A DNA stretch of 63,831 nucleotides, filler included, from Octopus bimaculoides (lineage: Eukaryota): assembly GCF_001194135.2 (NCBI RefSeq). It is 7 parts of 7 records of this genome, joined end to end, with 100 filler letters (N's around TTAATTAATTAA, not from the genome) between each part and the next. Parts side by side here need not be neighbours in the genome. Positions count along the whole stretch, not along the records: positions 1 to 3,533 come from NC_069010.1; positions 3,634 to 14,694 come from NC_069002.1; 5 more parts are not named here. One strand, 5' to 3'. Each line of letters begins with the position of its first letter. Within the stretch, counting starts at the first letter, position 1. The notes beneath the pieces were generated by a model that saw only the letters and a list, made by a program, of their open reading frames with translations, did no database searches and had not been told where the DNA came from. The position numbers were made by a program, and so were the translations under genes. Below, in pieces: positions 1-12,216 of this stretch.

Positions 1-172
1 CTGTCATTACTTAGCAAATTGTGAAATTCGCTGTTTTTTTTTCTCATCACCCACCTGCAGTAGTCTTCGGTTTTCTCTTGGACAGAAATAATGGGCCAGC
101 TCGAAAGTTTGCGTTGAACATGGAATGGTTACTACAGATACAGACAGACAGTCATAAAACACACATACATAT

Positions 173-522
173 ACGAAGACGAGGGTTGCAGTTGATCCGA
201 TCAACGGAACAGCCTGTTCGTGAAATTATCGTGCAAGTGGCTAAGCACTCCACAGACAAGTGTACCCTTAACGTAGTTCTCAGGGAGATTCAGCGTGACA
301 CAGTGTGACAATGCTGGCCCTTTTGAAATACAGGTACAACAGAAATAGGAAGCAAGAGTGAAAGAAAATTGTGGTGAAAGAGTACAGCACGGATAGCCAT
401 CACCCCTTGCCGGAACCTCGTGGGGCTTTAGGTGTGTTGGCTCAAAAAAACACTCACTTTCCCCGGTCTAGGAATCGAAGCCGCGAGTCCGCTGCACTAA
501 CCACTGGGCCATTGTGCCTCTA
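173..522 (-). mobile_element. tRNA-headed SINE, family C
   Basis: Colinear with the copies at 39148-39528 and 55137-55520. Minus-strand head GGCACAATGGCCCAGTGGTTAG (A box), with an internal deletion near the B box. Confidence 0.85.
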
Positions 523-552
523 CACACATACATACAGAAATGAGTATATAAT

Positions 553-1008
553 TCATTGAGCATGCTTCGGCAAGCTTACGACGATGAAAAATTGGGTCGT
601 ATGCAATGTTTTGAGTGGCAACTGGCGCTTCAAAAGTGGAAGAACCTCCCTGGAAGACGATCAGCGATCTGGAATACCTGCCACGAGCGTCAAACCCGGA
701 AGTGTGAAGATAAATGATCACTTTGTTCATGACGTTCGTCGGAGGACAATCAATGGCATTTCTTATGTTGTTCTGTCGTTTGGTCCGCACAGGCAACACT
801 AACGTCTGAATTGAACACAGGGCTTTTCTCTCCCACATTTGTCCCTCACTTGTTGAACTCTGAACTGAAAGACTAGTGCATCGAAATCTATGAAGATCTC
901 CGTCAGTGTGACACTTATGACCCATTCTTTATGCTGAGGATCATTACCAGTGACAAGAGTGGGATCTACGGGAATGACTCCGAAACGAAGCAGCAGATGT
1001 CACAATGG
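553..1008 (+). pseudogene. Decayed mariner (Tc1/mariner, DD34D-type) transposase fragment
   Basis: Frameshifted translation MLRQAYDDEKLGRMQCFEW/WRFKSGRTSLEDDQRSGIP ... FVPHLL ... FMLRIITSDKSGIYGNDSETKQQMSQW. This matches the mariner HTH/linker region and the first catalytic motif (ITGDESW-Y-YDPETKQQS-QW). One in-frame stop. Confidence 0.85.
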
Positions 1009-2051
1009 CCACGGCCAAAGTAGGTACAACAGAGCCGCAGCTCAACGGGTGCCGTCTTAACATGTTGAAATCCAAAGTGAATCACAGAAGGTTCCAGACT
1101 CGAATAGGGAAGGCAAATTCTAGTTCAGATTCCGAAAGTGGCAATAACGCTGGGACCATTAAACATATATTACCCAGGAACTTTTTATTATCACTTCGTA
1201 TCTACTCCTGTATGTATATGTATATATATATTTATATANNNNNNNNNNNNNNNNNNNNNNNNNNNNNNNNNNNNNNNNNNNNNNNNNNNNNNNNNNNNNN
1301 NNNNNNNNNNNNNNNNNNNNNNNNNNNNNNNNNNNNNNNNNNNNNNNNNNNNNNNNNNNNNNNNNNNNNNNNNNNNNNNNNNNNNNNNNNNNNNNNNNNN
1401 NNNNNNNNNNNACACATCAAGTACAGGACATCACCAACGAGTGCAAAATACGTACATACACAAAGATGAGTAGTGGACAAAATAGCAAAAGAAGTCTAAC
1501 TCCACCTCAGTTGTCGACTGTTTTTCTCGTCACTATTTCGTGCTTTTAACGACAGGATAGGAAAGCTTCATAAGAGAGCATCATCCAGAGAGATTGAAAA
1601 TATAAAACTTATGGTGAGTTAGGGCTTCTAACGAACAAATAACAACAAAGTGAACGTACAAAGTAAACAATCGACAGAAACAAACATTAAGGGCTGTTAG
1701 GCCAAGGTGAATTGTAATGGGTAGCGCCTCGGAGAAAGTTTTAAATGAAATAGAATAAATAGAAGAGAAGAAAATAGTAGAAGAGAAAAAAATGTTGGGA
1801 GACAATGGAAATATATATTTATGGGTGTGTTTGTGTATTTGTACATATGTACTGGTATATCTGTCTGTGTATGTGTGTCAACGCTTGTGCATGTGTGTAT
1901 CTCTCTACATCCTTCACAGGGGCTGTCTGTCCTATTCCTGGTTATCATTTAAATATAAACGATTCATTCAAATTCAAAATTTGTGTTTTGTGGGGGGTGG
2001 GGGTTTGAGTGGGTGGTATATGTGTATGTGTGTTTCTCTTACAAGTTAACC

Positions 2052-2175
2052 GGAGACCTTTCTGGTGCTGGTAGCCTCTAAAAAATCCCCAGTAAACTCT
2101 GTCAGTTAGTTCGCATTACGATGGGCATCAAGCCATTGAAGCCATTGCAAAGCAGACGATAGATAGTCTGCAGAA
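2052..2175 (+). mobile_element. Degraded fragment of family E retroposon
   Basis: CAGTAAACTCTGTCAGTTAGTTCGCATTACGATGGGCATCAAGCC resembles the reverse complement of the E core at 19700-19770 (CACTACACT..GTGGTTGGCGTTAGGAAGGGCATCCAGC). Confidence 0.5.
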
Positions 2176-2439
2176 TCTCTGATATTGAAAGTAGTTTTTT
2201 TTAAGTTAACACAAAATATTTGGGGGATGTTCTGGAAAGAAGGTCATAATGAAAACATTTACTATTGGCCCTAACACTTTGCTTCCGTCAACGCATATTT
2301 TTGTACGTAAAGAAAGGTTTTAAATTGTGGGACAAGACCAGTAGGGTCTAAACCGATGAAATCTATACTATAACTCGTCTGATACTTGTTTTATCGAGCC
2401 CGAATGTATGACAGGTGAAGTCAACGACGGCAGATTTCT

Positions 2440-2972
2440 ACCAAATTTTTCCTCAATAAACCAGTGCTCTTTCGCACATGCACACCGATATTGCACATCC
2501 AGAGGAGCATACCAGCTTCTCTCCTCTGTATCTCTGGCATGTCTTCTGCAATCAGTCATCCTTCTCCTTCGTATAACTCAGTGTTTTGTGATCGTCCTTC
2601 GATACTTCGTCCTTTATCTTCATGGATCTCCTTCTTACATAACTTTCCTCCATTTTAAGCGATGTACATTGTATTACGCTGCTGTCATCATCCATCCACA
2701 TCGCATGGGCAAACCATCCGAGTCTTCTTTCTTGCATTTAATTCCCCTTACGTCAAGCTTCTGTCTCAATGCAAATGTAAACCCTTGAGCATGCACATTG
2801 ACATTACGCATAAAGCGGAGCATTGTAGTATCGTTCCTCTCCATCCTTCACATCTACTCTGCAATCGGTCCTCTATCAAGTCCGTCATAAGTCAGGGCAT
2901 TTCGAGGTCGGCCTTAAGTACATCGTTCCATGTCTTTCTGGGTCTACTTCATCCGCAACTTGCCTCCGCTAT
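2440..2972 (-). pseudogene. RTE-clade LINE ORF2 C-terminal remnants, tandemly repeated (about 313-bp period)
   Basis: Minus translation SRPRKTWNDVLKADL / ERNDTTMLRFMRNV..LRQKLDVRGI / QERRLGWFAHAMWMDDDS / REAGMLLWMCNIGVHVR. These match RTE motifs MLRWMC, RRLRWFGHV-RM and GRPRKTW. Stops and frameshifts present. Confidence 0.75.
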
Positions 2973-3533
2973 GATATAATTAATTAAATAAATTGTCCTT
3001 TTGATGAAACAAATTTATGACAAGATATGTACTTTCGTTTTATTCTCAGGAAAACGGTGCAGATTAAGAACTCACAGTTTAAACATCCTTTCAAAAGTCG
3101 TCCGGAAAAATTTGCTTGCTTCAAATCTACGAAACTATCGGAGCTCAGAGCACAGGACAACTTCTGGTCAACAATGAATAAAAACATTCGGCAAGGAAAT
3201 AATGTCACCAGGTTAACCAACCAGATTGCTGAAGTTCACAAACAGAAAAAATATTTGCTCAAAGCATCCACGAAAAAATCAAATAACGTCATCAAATTTA
3301 CAACCAATCGCATTTTCATAGGTAAAAACCTATTTATACTAAACGACTTTTAAGTATAGCATTTTCAACATTGATAAATGAACAACTGTGGACCGGTTTC
3401 AATATTTGAATAAATGTCACGACACTTAAAATTGACAAAAGGTTTTCAGATTCAGTAGCATATTGATCCCCTAAACTAATTTCCTCTTATATTCCTTCCA
3501 GTGTGGGTAAATATTTTTCATCTCCACTTATTA

Positions 3534-3633
3534 NNNNNNNNNNNNNNNNNNNNNNNNNNNNNNNNNNNNNNNNNNNNTTAATTAATTAANNNNNNNNNNN
3601 NNNNNNNNNNNNNNNNNNNNNNNNNNNNNNNNN
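3534..3633. other. Artificial 100-bp assembly spacer: 44 N + TTAATTAATTAA + 44 N
   Basis: Identical construct with the 12-mer at 3578, 14739, 26655, 52059, 56699 and 61314. The 12-mer gives stops in all six frames. Confidence 0.95.
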
Positions 3634-3665
<32 letters not shown>

Positions 3666-4975
3666 TATGCACACACACATGCACACACACACATGCACAC
3701 ATACACACACACACACACATATATAAATGGGATGGCGGGGTAAGCTGTGCACATGAGCATGTGTGTGTGTGTGTGCGTGTGTCTATGTGTGTGTGTATTT
3801 TAAAAGCGATGCCTACTATTAATTGTATTGAATTACTCGGAGTTTGCAATCTGAGTTGTTAATTAGACCTGTATTTAGATTACTTTGTTTCCTCATTGAG
3901 GTTTCTACGACTGTATAGAAGAAAGGCAATATCATAACTTACATTAATATGTATTATAAATACAGTTATCTGATATCATATGCTGTACTGTGACGAAGAA
4001 AATTTACAAACACCCTAAATCCTTCTGGATAAAATGAAGTTAATTCCTTTTGTATCTCCTCAACCATTTGTGTAAATGAAAATGAAGCGGTGAAGTGATT
4101 TACATAAAATAAAATAAAATGGCGACAATTATATAGAAAGAAAGCAGTTTACGCAGAATATGAGGAGGAAACATTCAACATATGAGTGAGAATTAAGTGT
4201 TACCTGTCAGCTGATTGACTATTTCCCTCCGAAGAGTATTTATTTTTTTTTCTAGATTTATTTTTATTAGTTTTATTTTTCCTTCATCATAGAGCATTTA
4301 ACATTCGCATATTACTTTTTCAATTTCGTGAGATCGTTTCAGTTGGAGGCTCTTTGGTCTGATGTTAAGTTCAGGGTGCATTCAGTTAATATGATTAATG
4401 CATTGATACATTCATTAGCACATGCAAACACACATATGTTCTAGTTCATATGTTAATAGGCAGATGCTGAAAGAGGTACAGAAGAAAGAAACCATGAATA
4501 GGCAGAGGGCATTAGAGCGTTTATTTTAGTCCGGCAATTGTTAGCAAATTTAAATCTCAGCTATGCGATAATTAATCGCTTGTGAAATTATCTACATTGC
4601 GAAGATAATGACCTCAATGTAAGGTTTCTTCAGCAGTGCATTAATCAGATCTTTCATTTCAGTTTCTTTTTAATATCTCAATCTTTAAATGTTCTTTTAT
4701 ATATGGACGCTTTCCTTTTAATTACCTGTACATAAATAGAAGTCTGATGTATGCAAGGTTTTAAAGATGAGGATTTTAGAAAAAATATACTTACAGCAGT
4801 GCTGCAATATCACAAACTGTATTTCCGTTATTTATATGCCTCGACAGTCCCATAATATTACATATTTGTTGTTCTTAGAAGCATTTTTTTAGTCACCAAC
4901 TTTTAGGTAGAACGCAGACGTACCAGGCTTTAAACATGGGACTATTTTCAGCAGTAAAACTATCTCATCTTGTAT

Positions 4976-5080
4976 TATATTTCTTTAATTCTTTCAATGT
5001 CTCGATCTGTTTTATATTTCTTTAATTCGTTTAATGTTTCGATATGTTTTATATTTCTTTAATTCTTTTAATGTCTCGAA
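4976..5080. repeat. 37-bp minisatellite, about 3 units
   Basis: TATATTTCTTTAATTCTTTCAATGTCTCGATCTGTTT-like units start at 4976, 5013 and 5050. Confidence 0.85.
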
Positions 5081-5931
5081 CTTTCATTGGTAATCCGTAT
5101 GCGCTGTTCTCGAAACAGATATTTTTTTATACCACAAATATGTATGATCATTATGTAACGTGCAATACATCATTGTTTGATTTGGTGGGAGGTACATCTG
5201 CTTCGTATATTATATCTTTTGCTTTTCAACATGCATTCAATGGAAACGTACAGGCGTAGTGATATAGAATATAACGTGTTCCCTGTTGTTAGCGCAAGCA
5301 TTATTTAATTGATGTGTCATTTAAATACTTCATTATTTTGATGTTTTATAGGCTAGTGAACATCATTTCAGATTAGAAAACTTTCGGCGAAATTAGACTT
5401 CTTAACATTTAGGGAATGTTCACACAGGAACGTGCAAACATTTCGGTGTATAATCTCAGATTTGGTTATGTTATCATTGAATCCATTGATCTGCAAAGTG
5501 TTATTGTAATGAAGGAAGGCCTTATTTCTTGTAATATATAATTTTAACACGGATTTTAGTACCTGCCCTTCATAAGTCAGTACTCTGCAAATACGTTATT
5601 GGGATGCTTTCTTTAGTAGGTCGATGTGCAATCATCAGCCCGTCTCCTCTCTTCATCGTGTTGTAGCTTGTTGAAAATCATAACATTACAAAGCAATGTA
5701 TAGGACATCGACGAATATCCCTCAGACGAAGAACAACGTATGTAGTTTAAAATGTTCCTACCTTACTCTTTCTCTCTCTCTCTCTCTATCTCTCTCCCTC
5801 TCTCTCTCTCTCTCTTCCTCTCTCTGTGTATATGTTTGTGCATATATATCTATATAGTGAGAATTTACCAAAAACAAAAGACGAATACGGGTGTGTAAAC
5901 AACAAACAGATGTATTAGTTTAACGCTCGGG

Positions 5932-5975
<44 letters not shown>

Positions 5976-6550
5976 GTGTGCGTGTGTACTGGTGTGTATA
6001 TATGTATATTGTGTATTCATGTATGTAGGTGTGTATGTAAATAGGAAAATATATACACGATTTATATATATATATATTTTCAAATGTTTTTGGCTATGTA
6101 AAAATTTTTGCTCCTTAAGCACCCAGTAAAAGCACGTTTGATGCTTGAAACTCATAGGTGAGTAATTCACTAGAGACCTTATTGTTAAGATCAAAATAAA
6201 ATTTATTACCTCAAAAAGTCATCTCTTCTAATATTTTCACACATATATATATATTCACACATACACACACGCGCGCGCATGTAAGTATTTATATATGCAT
6301 GTGTGGCTGTGCGTCTGCGCATGTATATGAGTGTATACATGTATAGTACTTATTAATCTTTGTCCCTTCTTTTTATCTGAGGGCATATATATATCTATAT
6401 ACATACACGTGCACACCCACGCACAAATACACCCGCACACAAATATACCCACACACAAATACACCCACATATATTTATATATGTGGGTGTATATAAATAG
6501 GTGGGTTGTGCATGTGCTAATATATACAAATATATATATATCTGTCTATG

Positions 6551-6581
<31 letters not shown>

Positions 6582-6815
6582 NNNNNNNNNNNNNNNNNNN
6601 NNNNNNNNNNNNNNNNNNNNNNNNNNNNNNNNNNNNNNNNNNNNNNNNNNNNNNNNNNNNNNNNNNNNNNNNNNNNNNNNNNNNNNNNNNNNNNNNNNNN
6701 NNNNNNNNNNNNNNNNNNNNNNNNNNNNNNNNNNNNNNNNNNNNNNNNNNNNNNNNNNNNNNNNNNNNNNNNNNNNNNNNNNNNNNNNNNNNNNNNNNNN
6801 NNNNNNNNNNNNNNN

Positions 6816-6854
<39 letters not shown>

Positions 6855-6889
6855 ACTACCTATGTATCTATCCATCCATCCATCCATCC

Positions 6890-6922
<33 letters not shown>

Positions 6923-7145
6923 TGTATGTATCTATCTATCTATCTATCTATATATCGATTTTTAATCTATGTATGTATGTATGCATGTATATATTTATGT
7001 ATGTATTATGTATCCATCTATATATCTATCTATCTATATATCTATCTATCTATCTATCTATATATCTGCCTGTCTGCCTGTCTGTCTGTCTGTCACTCTG
7101 TCTCCCTGTCTGTCTGTCTCTGTCCATGTATCTATCAATCTATCT
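6816..7145. repeat. Compound tetranucleotide microsatellite (CTAT/CATC/TATG/CTGT)
   Basis: Directly visible. Confidence 0.95.
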
Positions 7146-7212
7146 TACTACATATGTACATATAAGTACTTACATTAGTAAATTCCATTATACATATATA
7201 TATACACGCATA

Positions 7213-7256
<44 letters not shown>

Positions 7257-7404
7257 ACGTATAATCAGATATTGAAGTAAATGAGTAAATATAAGTGAAA
7301 AAGTAGTACGGCGTCTTTGTAGAAATTATCTGAGGAGGCTGCAGATACAAGAAAGGAACATTTCTATATTGGCTGAATTAAATTGCCATCTCTATCTGCG
7401 ATAT

Positions 7405-7416
7405 CGTTGCTGCTGG

Positions 7417-7497
<81 letters not shown>

Positions 7498-7697
7498 GGA
7501 TGATGATGATGATGATCGAGATGTCGACTACTAGCTACTACGGCAACGAGGAAGATAACTATTATACTGTCGATGGTAATGATGGTGATGATAATGATGA
7601 TGATAATGATGATGATGACATGATGATGACGGGGATGATGACGATGATGACGATGATGGTGATGGTGAGGATGATTATCATCATCATCATCATCATG
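7405..7697. repeat. Compound trinucleotide microsatellite (GCT/GAT/CAT)
   Basis: Directly visible; explains the poly-L/M/D/H/Q ORFs. Confidence 0.9.
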
Positions 7698-8164
7698 TGA
7701 CGGCATATGTCGTAGCAGCAGCGTGTAACATGTGATCTCGAAATAAATCTGCTTCTCTTGTAATTTGTCGATTTCAAGTTGTTTGAATCGGGATTCGTTA
7801 GAATGATGCGAACCGAATCAAAGGATTGCCATATCCAATTGAACCTACCCAATAGAAGATATTCACACACAATCACACACACACAACACGTGTACGCAGA
7901 CGTACATACACACACACACACAATACACACTAATATCACGTAGACACACATCCAGTATTATTTACATCCACAGAGATACACATATGTACACAGAAACACA
8001 CACTCACGCACACAGACAAACGCAAACACACATACACACACAGATATGCACCTATATATGTGTCTGGATGTATGTATGTGTGTGTGTGTGTGTGTGTATG
8101 TAGTCTTTATGATGTTAATAAACAGGTCCGGTTTCACACGCCATTCTGATTAATTTCGCGTACA

Positions 8165-8244
8165 TTATGCACCACCACCACCACCAGCGCCACCACCAAA
8201 GCCGCCACCACCACCACCAGCGCCACCACCAAAGCCGCCACCAC
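8165..8244 (-). CDS. Possible 3' end of a glycine-rich protein (GGGFGGGAGGGGGGFGGGAGGGGGA*), running into a gap
   Basis: Exact 33-bp duplication. In the Gly frame the interruptions are whole codons (TTT, GCT, GCA) or synonymous GGT/GGC changes, ending in TAA at 8167-8165. Could alternatively be an interrupted (GGT)n microsatellite. Confidence 0.3.
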
Positions 8245-8595
8245 NNNNNNNNNNNNNNNNNNNNNNNNNNNNNNNNNNNNNNNNNNNNNNNNNNNNNNNN
8301 NNNNNNNNNNNNNNNNNNNNNNNNNNNNNNNNNNNNNNNNNNNNNNNNNNNNNNNNNNNNNNNNNNNNNNNNNNNNNNNNNNNNNNNNNNNNNNNNNNNN
8401 NNNNNNNNNNNNNNNNNNNNNNNNNNNNNNNNNNNNNNNNNNNNNNNNNNNNNNNNNNNNNNNNNNNNNNNNNNNNNNNNNNNNNNNNNNNNNNNNNNNN
8501 NNNNNNNNNNNCACTCCCTCTCTCTCACTCTCTCTCTCACTACGCATCCACATCGACATATATGCATGAATGAGCGTGTAACTATATATTTTCGG

Positions 8596-8649
<54 letters not shown>

Positions 8650-8943
8650 GTGTGTGTGTGAATATACATTTATATAAATATACAAATTGCGTACACACTC
8701 ACGCAGACACACACACGTAGATACATGTATATCGAATTCTCGCTAGTATCCGCGGACTATCTTCATTATCCATGTATGATCTTTTCTTTCTTCGCGCTCC
8801 TCTGTTCACGTTCTTCCCCGTTCCCCCCGCCCGGTATATACATCTCTATACCTCTACCCTTCTCACTCTTTCCGTATGCTGCATGCATGCATGTATGTAT
8901 GTATGTATGCATGTATGTATGTATGCATATATGCATGTGTCTG

Positions 8944-8993
<50 letters not shown>

Positions 8994-9006
8994 AATATAT
9001 ATATAT

Positions 9007-9059
<53 letters not shown>

Positions 9060-10060
9060 NNNNNNNNNNNNNNNNNNNNNNNNNNNNNNNNNNNNNNNNN
9101 NNNNNNNNNNNNNNNNNNNNNNNNNNNNNNNNNNNNNNNNNNNNNNNNNNNNNNNNNNNNNNNNNNNNNNNNNNNNNNNNNNNNNNNNNNNNNNNNNNNN
9201 NNNNNNNNNNNNNNNNNNNNNNNNNNNNNNNNNNNNNNNNNNNNNNNNNNNNNNNNNNNNNNNNNNNNNNNNNNNNNNNNNNNNNNNNNNNNNNNNNNNN
9301 NNNNNNNNNNNNNNNNNNNNNNNNNNNNNNNNNNNNNNNNNNNNNNNNNNNNNNNNNNNNNNNNNNNNNNNNNNNNNNNNNNNNNNNNNNNNNNNNNNNN
9401 NNNNNNNNNNNNNNNNNNNNNNNNNNNNNNNNNNNNNNNNNNNNNNNNNNNNNNNNNNNNNNNNNNNNNNNNNNNNNNNNNNNNNNNNNNNNNNNNNNNN
9501 NNNNNNNNNNNNNNNNNNNNNNNNNNNNNNNNNNNNNNNNNNNNNNNNNNNNNNNNNNNNNNNNNNNNNNNNNNNNNNNNNNNNNNNNNNNNNNNNNNNN
9601 NNNNNNNNNNNNNNNNNNNNNNNNNNNNNNNNNNNNNNNNNNNNNNNNNNNNNNNNNNNNNNNNNNNNNNNNNNNNNNNNNNNNNNNNNNNNNNNNNNNN
9701 NNNNNNNNNNNNNNNNNNNNNNNNNNNNNNNNNNNNNNNNNNNNNNNNNNNNNNNNNNNNNNNNNNNNNNNNNNNNNNNNNNNNNNNNNNNNNNNNNNNN
9801 NNNNNNNNNNNNNNNNNNNNNNNNNNNNNNNNNNNNNNNNNNNNNNNNNNNNNNNNNNNNNNNNNNNNNNNNNNNNNNNNNNNNNNNNNNNNNNNNNNNN
9901 NNNNNNNNNNNNNNNNNNNNNNNNNNNNNNNNNNNNNNNNNNNNNNNNNNNNNNNNNNNNNNNNNNNNNNNNNNNNNNNNNNNNNNNNNNNNNNNNNNNN
10001 NNNNNNNNNNNNNNNNNNNNNNNNNNNNNNNNNNNNNNNNNNNNNNNNNNNNNNATATAC

Positions 10061-10092
<32 letters not shown>

Positions 10093-10714
10093 GTATAGAT
10101 GAATGTGTGCCCTGTCTATTCACTTTTCAGTTTTATGTGCCTTCCGATCTATTCGTCTTGTTGACTATAAATGCATGCGTGTATGTACGTATTTAGGTAG
10201 GTATGTTTGTATGCTTTTTTGAGGTCAGTTCAAATAAACTAAGAATCCAAATAAACGAATGAAAACAAATACGGGCGTGCACAGGAAATGTATTTGCCTG
10301 TCGATCGGTGAAATGAGAGAGTGTAACATTTCGAGTTGTAGCTCTTCGTTGGAAAGGAGAAAGGGAGGGCAAAGTGTAAAGGAGAAAACGAAATCGCCAA
10401 CAGCACACGTGCAGTTATATTGCTGTACCTCTCCTCGTTCGAAATGATACTGATGTCGGCATCCATACAAGCGTTACTTTTAAAGGCGAAAGAAATATTC
10501 TCGATATAATCCACCACATTACGTGACTATCATTTTGTTCACGAAACTCCACAAATATGTAATATGGAGCTCGGCGCGGCTGGGACTCAAGACATATTTG
10601 AGCTAAATTAATACGTCATCACATTTTGAGTAGCGGGCTCATCGACGACTCTCGCTCTTATTGTTTGCGTTTGTGATATTTCAAATTTTGGCTGAAGATT
10701 AAAAGGTTGTGAAA

Positions 10715-10827
10715 TTATGAAAGACAATGTCGACCTCAGTGGAAACTGAACTCACAACGTAATGACCGACGAAATGCCGCTGGGCATTTTACGGGGCGCG
10801 CTGACGATTCTGCCAGCTCACCGCCTT
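10715..10827 (-). mobile_element. SINE family D (tRNA-like head, Deu/Nin-like core), 5' half
   Basis: Matches other D copies; minus head AAGGCGGTGAGCTGGCAGAATCGTCAGC. Confidence 0.75.
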
Positions 10828-11035
10828 TCTACTGGTAGCACAAGGTCTCAAATTTGGGGGAAGTGATTAAGTCTATTACATCGACCCTAGTGCGTAACTG
10901 ATAAAAATTTAATCGACGAAGTTATGACAGGCAAAAATCAACTCCGGCGGAATTTGAACTCAGAACGTAGTCATTGGAGAAATACCGCTAAGCATTCCGT
11001 CCTGCGTGCTAACGACTCCGCCACCTCCGCGCCTT
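10825..11035 (-). mobile_element. SINE family D
   Basis: Full-length, colinear with 38166-38380. Confidence 0.8.
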
Positions 11036-11664
11036 GCTTGCACTTGCAATAATGTCTTATTATATAGTCACAGAACCAACAGATTTTAAGAAATGTGGTT
11101 AATCGATACTATTGACCTTAGTCCTTCACTAGTTCTCTCTATTTCGTCGAGCCTGAGACGATGATATATAGAGTTAGCTTGGGAAGGATTTGATCCTATA
11201 TGAGCCACGAGCAATTCTACATAAAGTAACAAGCATAAGTAGACAATGAACGAAGATATATTCTCGAAATTCCATCCTGAAACCGGAGCAAACGGGCTCT
11301 ATTGTGTTGTTTCAGAAGACGGATTTAGCAGCACAACTTAAGTACTAAAAATAACTGAAGATGGGGATATAGAATGTGTACGATCTTCTTAACAGTATTA
11401 TCCCAAATATTACGTTACTTAGAATGTCAGAACATTTCCGTTTGAGGATCACAATTGAAATATATAAAAAGAGAACAACCAATACAGTAGAATACATCAT
11501 GAACAGCGAATTCAGTTGAAGAGAAATTATATATAAGTTTACCGTAAAGGTTGGTCTACATGCATATGAAGAACAAAAAAATGCGTTTCACTAAAGGATC
11601 GTAAATTTAGCATCTAAGCCGAACAGAGAATAAAGATAAAAATCAACACCAAAATCTGTATCAG

Positions 11665-11912
11665 TAATAATATTTTTTACTATAAGCGCCAAGCTTGAAA
11701 TTTGTGTGTGTGTATTTGTGTGTTTGTGTGTGTGTTTGTTTCTGTATGCGTGTGTCTGTGGGTGTGTAGTCGATTACATCGACCCCAGTGCTAGATTAGT
11801 ATTGAATCTATGAACCCCAAACGATGAATGGAAAATTCATCGCGGTGGAATTTGAACTCAGATCATAAATGCAGACGAAATGTCGCTAATGGTCCTACCA
11901 ACTCGTCGCCTT
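11665..11912 (-). mobile_element. SINE family D with internal (TG)n expansion
   Basis: GTCGATTACATCGACCCCAGT and GGAATTTGAACTCAG motifs. Confidence 0.75.
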
Positions 11913-11983
11913 ATTTATATCAGTAAATATGGAAAAAAAAAAGAAAATTCTTAGATGATACGTATTAGATTAATGCCAACTCT

Positions 11984-12206
11984 ATAATAATGATTTCAAA
12001 GTTTGTTGGCACTAAGTCAGCAGGCTTGAGGAAGGGACTAATTCGACTATATCGAACCCCAGCGCTCAATCAGTACTTTATCGACCTCGAAATGATGAAA
12101 TGCAAAGTGGACCTCGGTGGAATTTGAACTCGGAAAATAAAGACGAACGAAATGCCGCTAAGCATTCTTACCGGCGTGCTAACAATTCTGCCAAATCGCC
12201 GCCATT
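11984..12206 (-). mobile_element. SINE family D (alternative tail)
   Basis: D head and core; tail ATAATGATTTCAAAGTTTGTTGGCACTAAG. Confidence 0.8.
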
Positions 12207-12216
12207 GACAAGTCCA

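Noticed and set aside
3027-3353. 108-aa Lys-rich ORF with an internal acceptor at 3049
   Set aside because: No recognisable homology; composition is explained by AT-richness. Cannot be excluded as an exon but is unsupported.
7383-7706. Poly-L/M/D and poly-H/Q ORFs
   Set aside because: Compound trinucleotide microsatellite open in several frames on both strands; no unique domain or splice context.
8725-10196. Long ORFs of 300-470 aa (also at 22.5-23.6, 31.2-32.0, 44.6-45.8, 48.0-49.2, 50.0-50.6 and 52.9-53.5 kb)
   Set aside because: Made of X from N runs plus YI/CV/HT microsatellite translation.
10239-10517. Protein-like 92-aa minus ORF (VDYIENISFAFKSNACMD...)
   Set aside because: GTG start, no recognisable domain, poor acceptor and only a weak GC donor.
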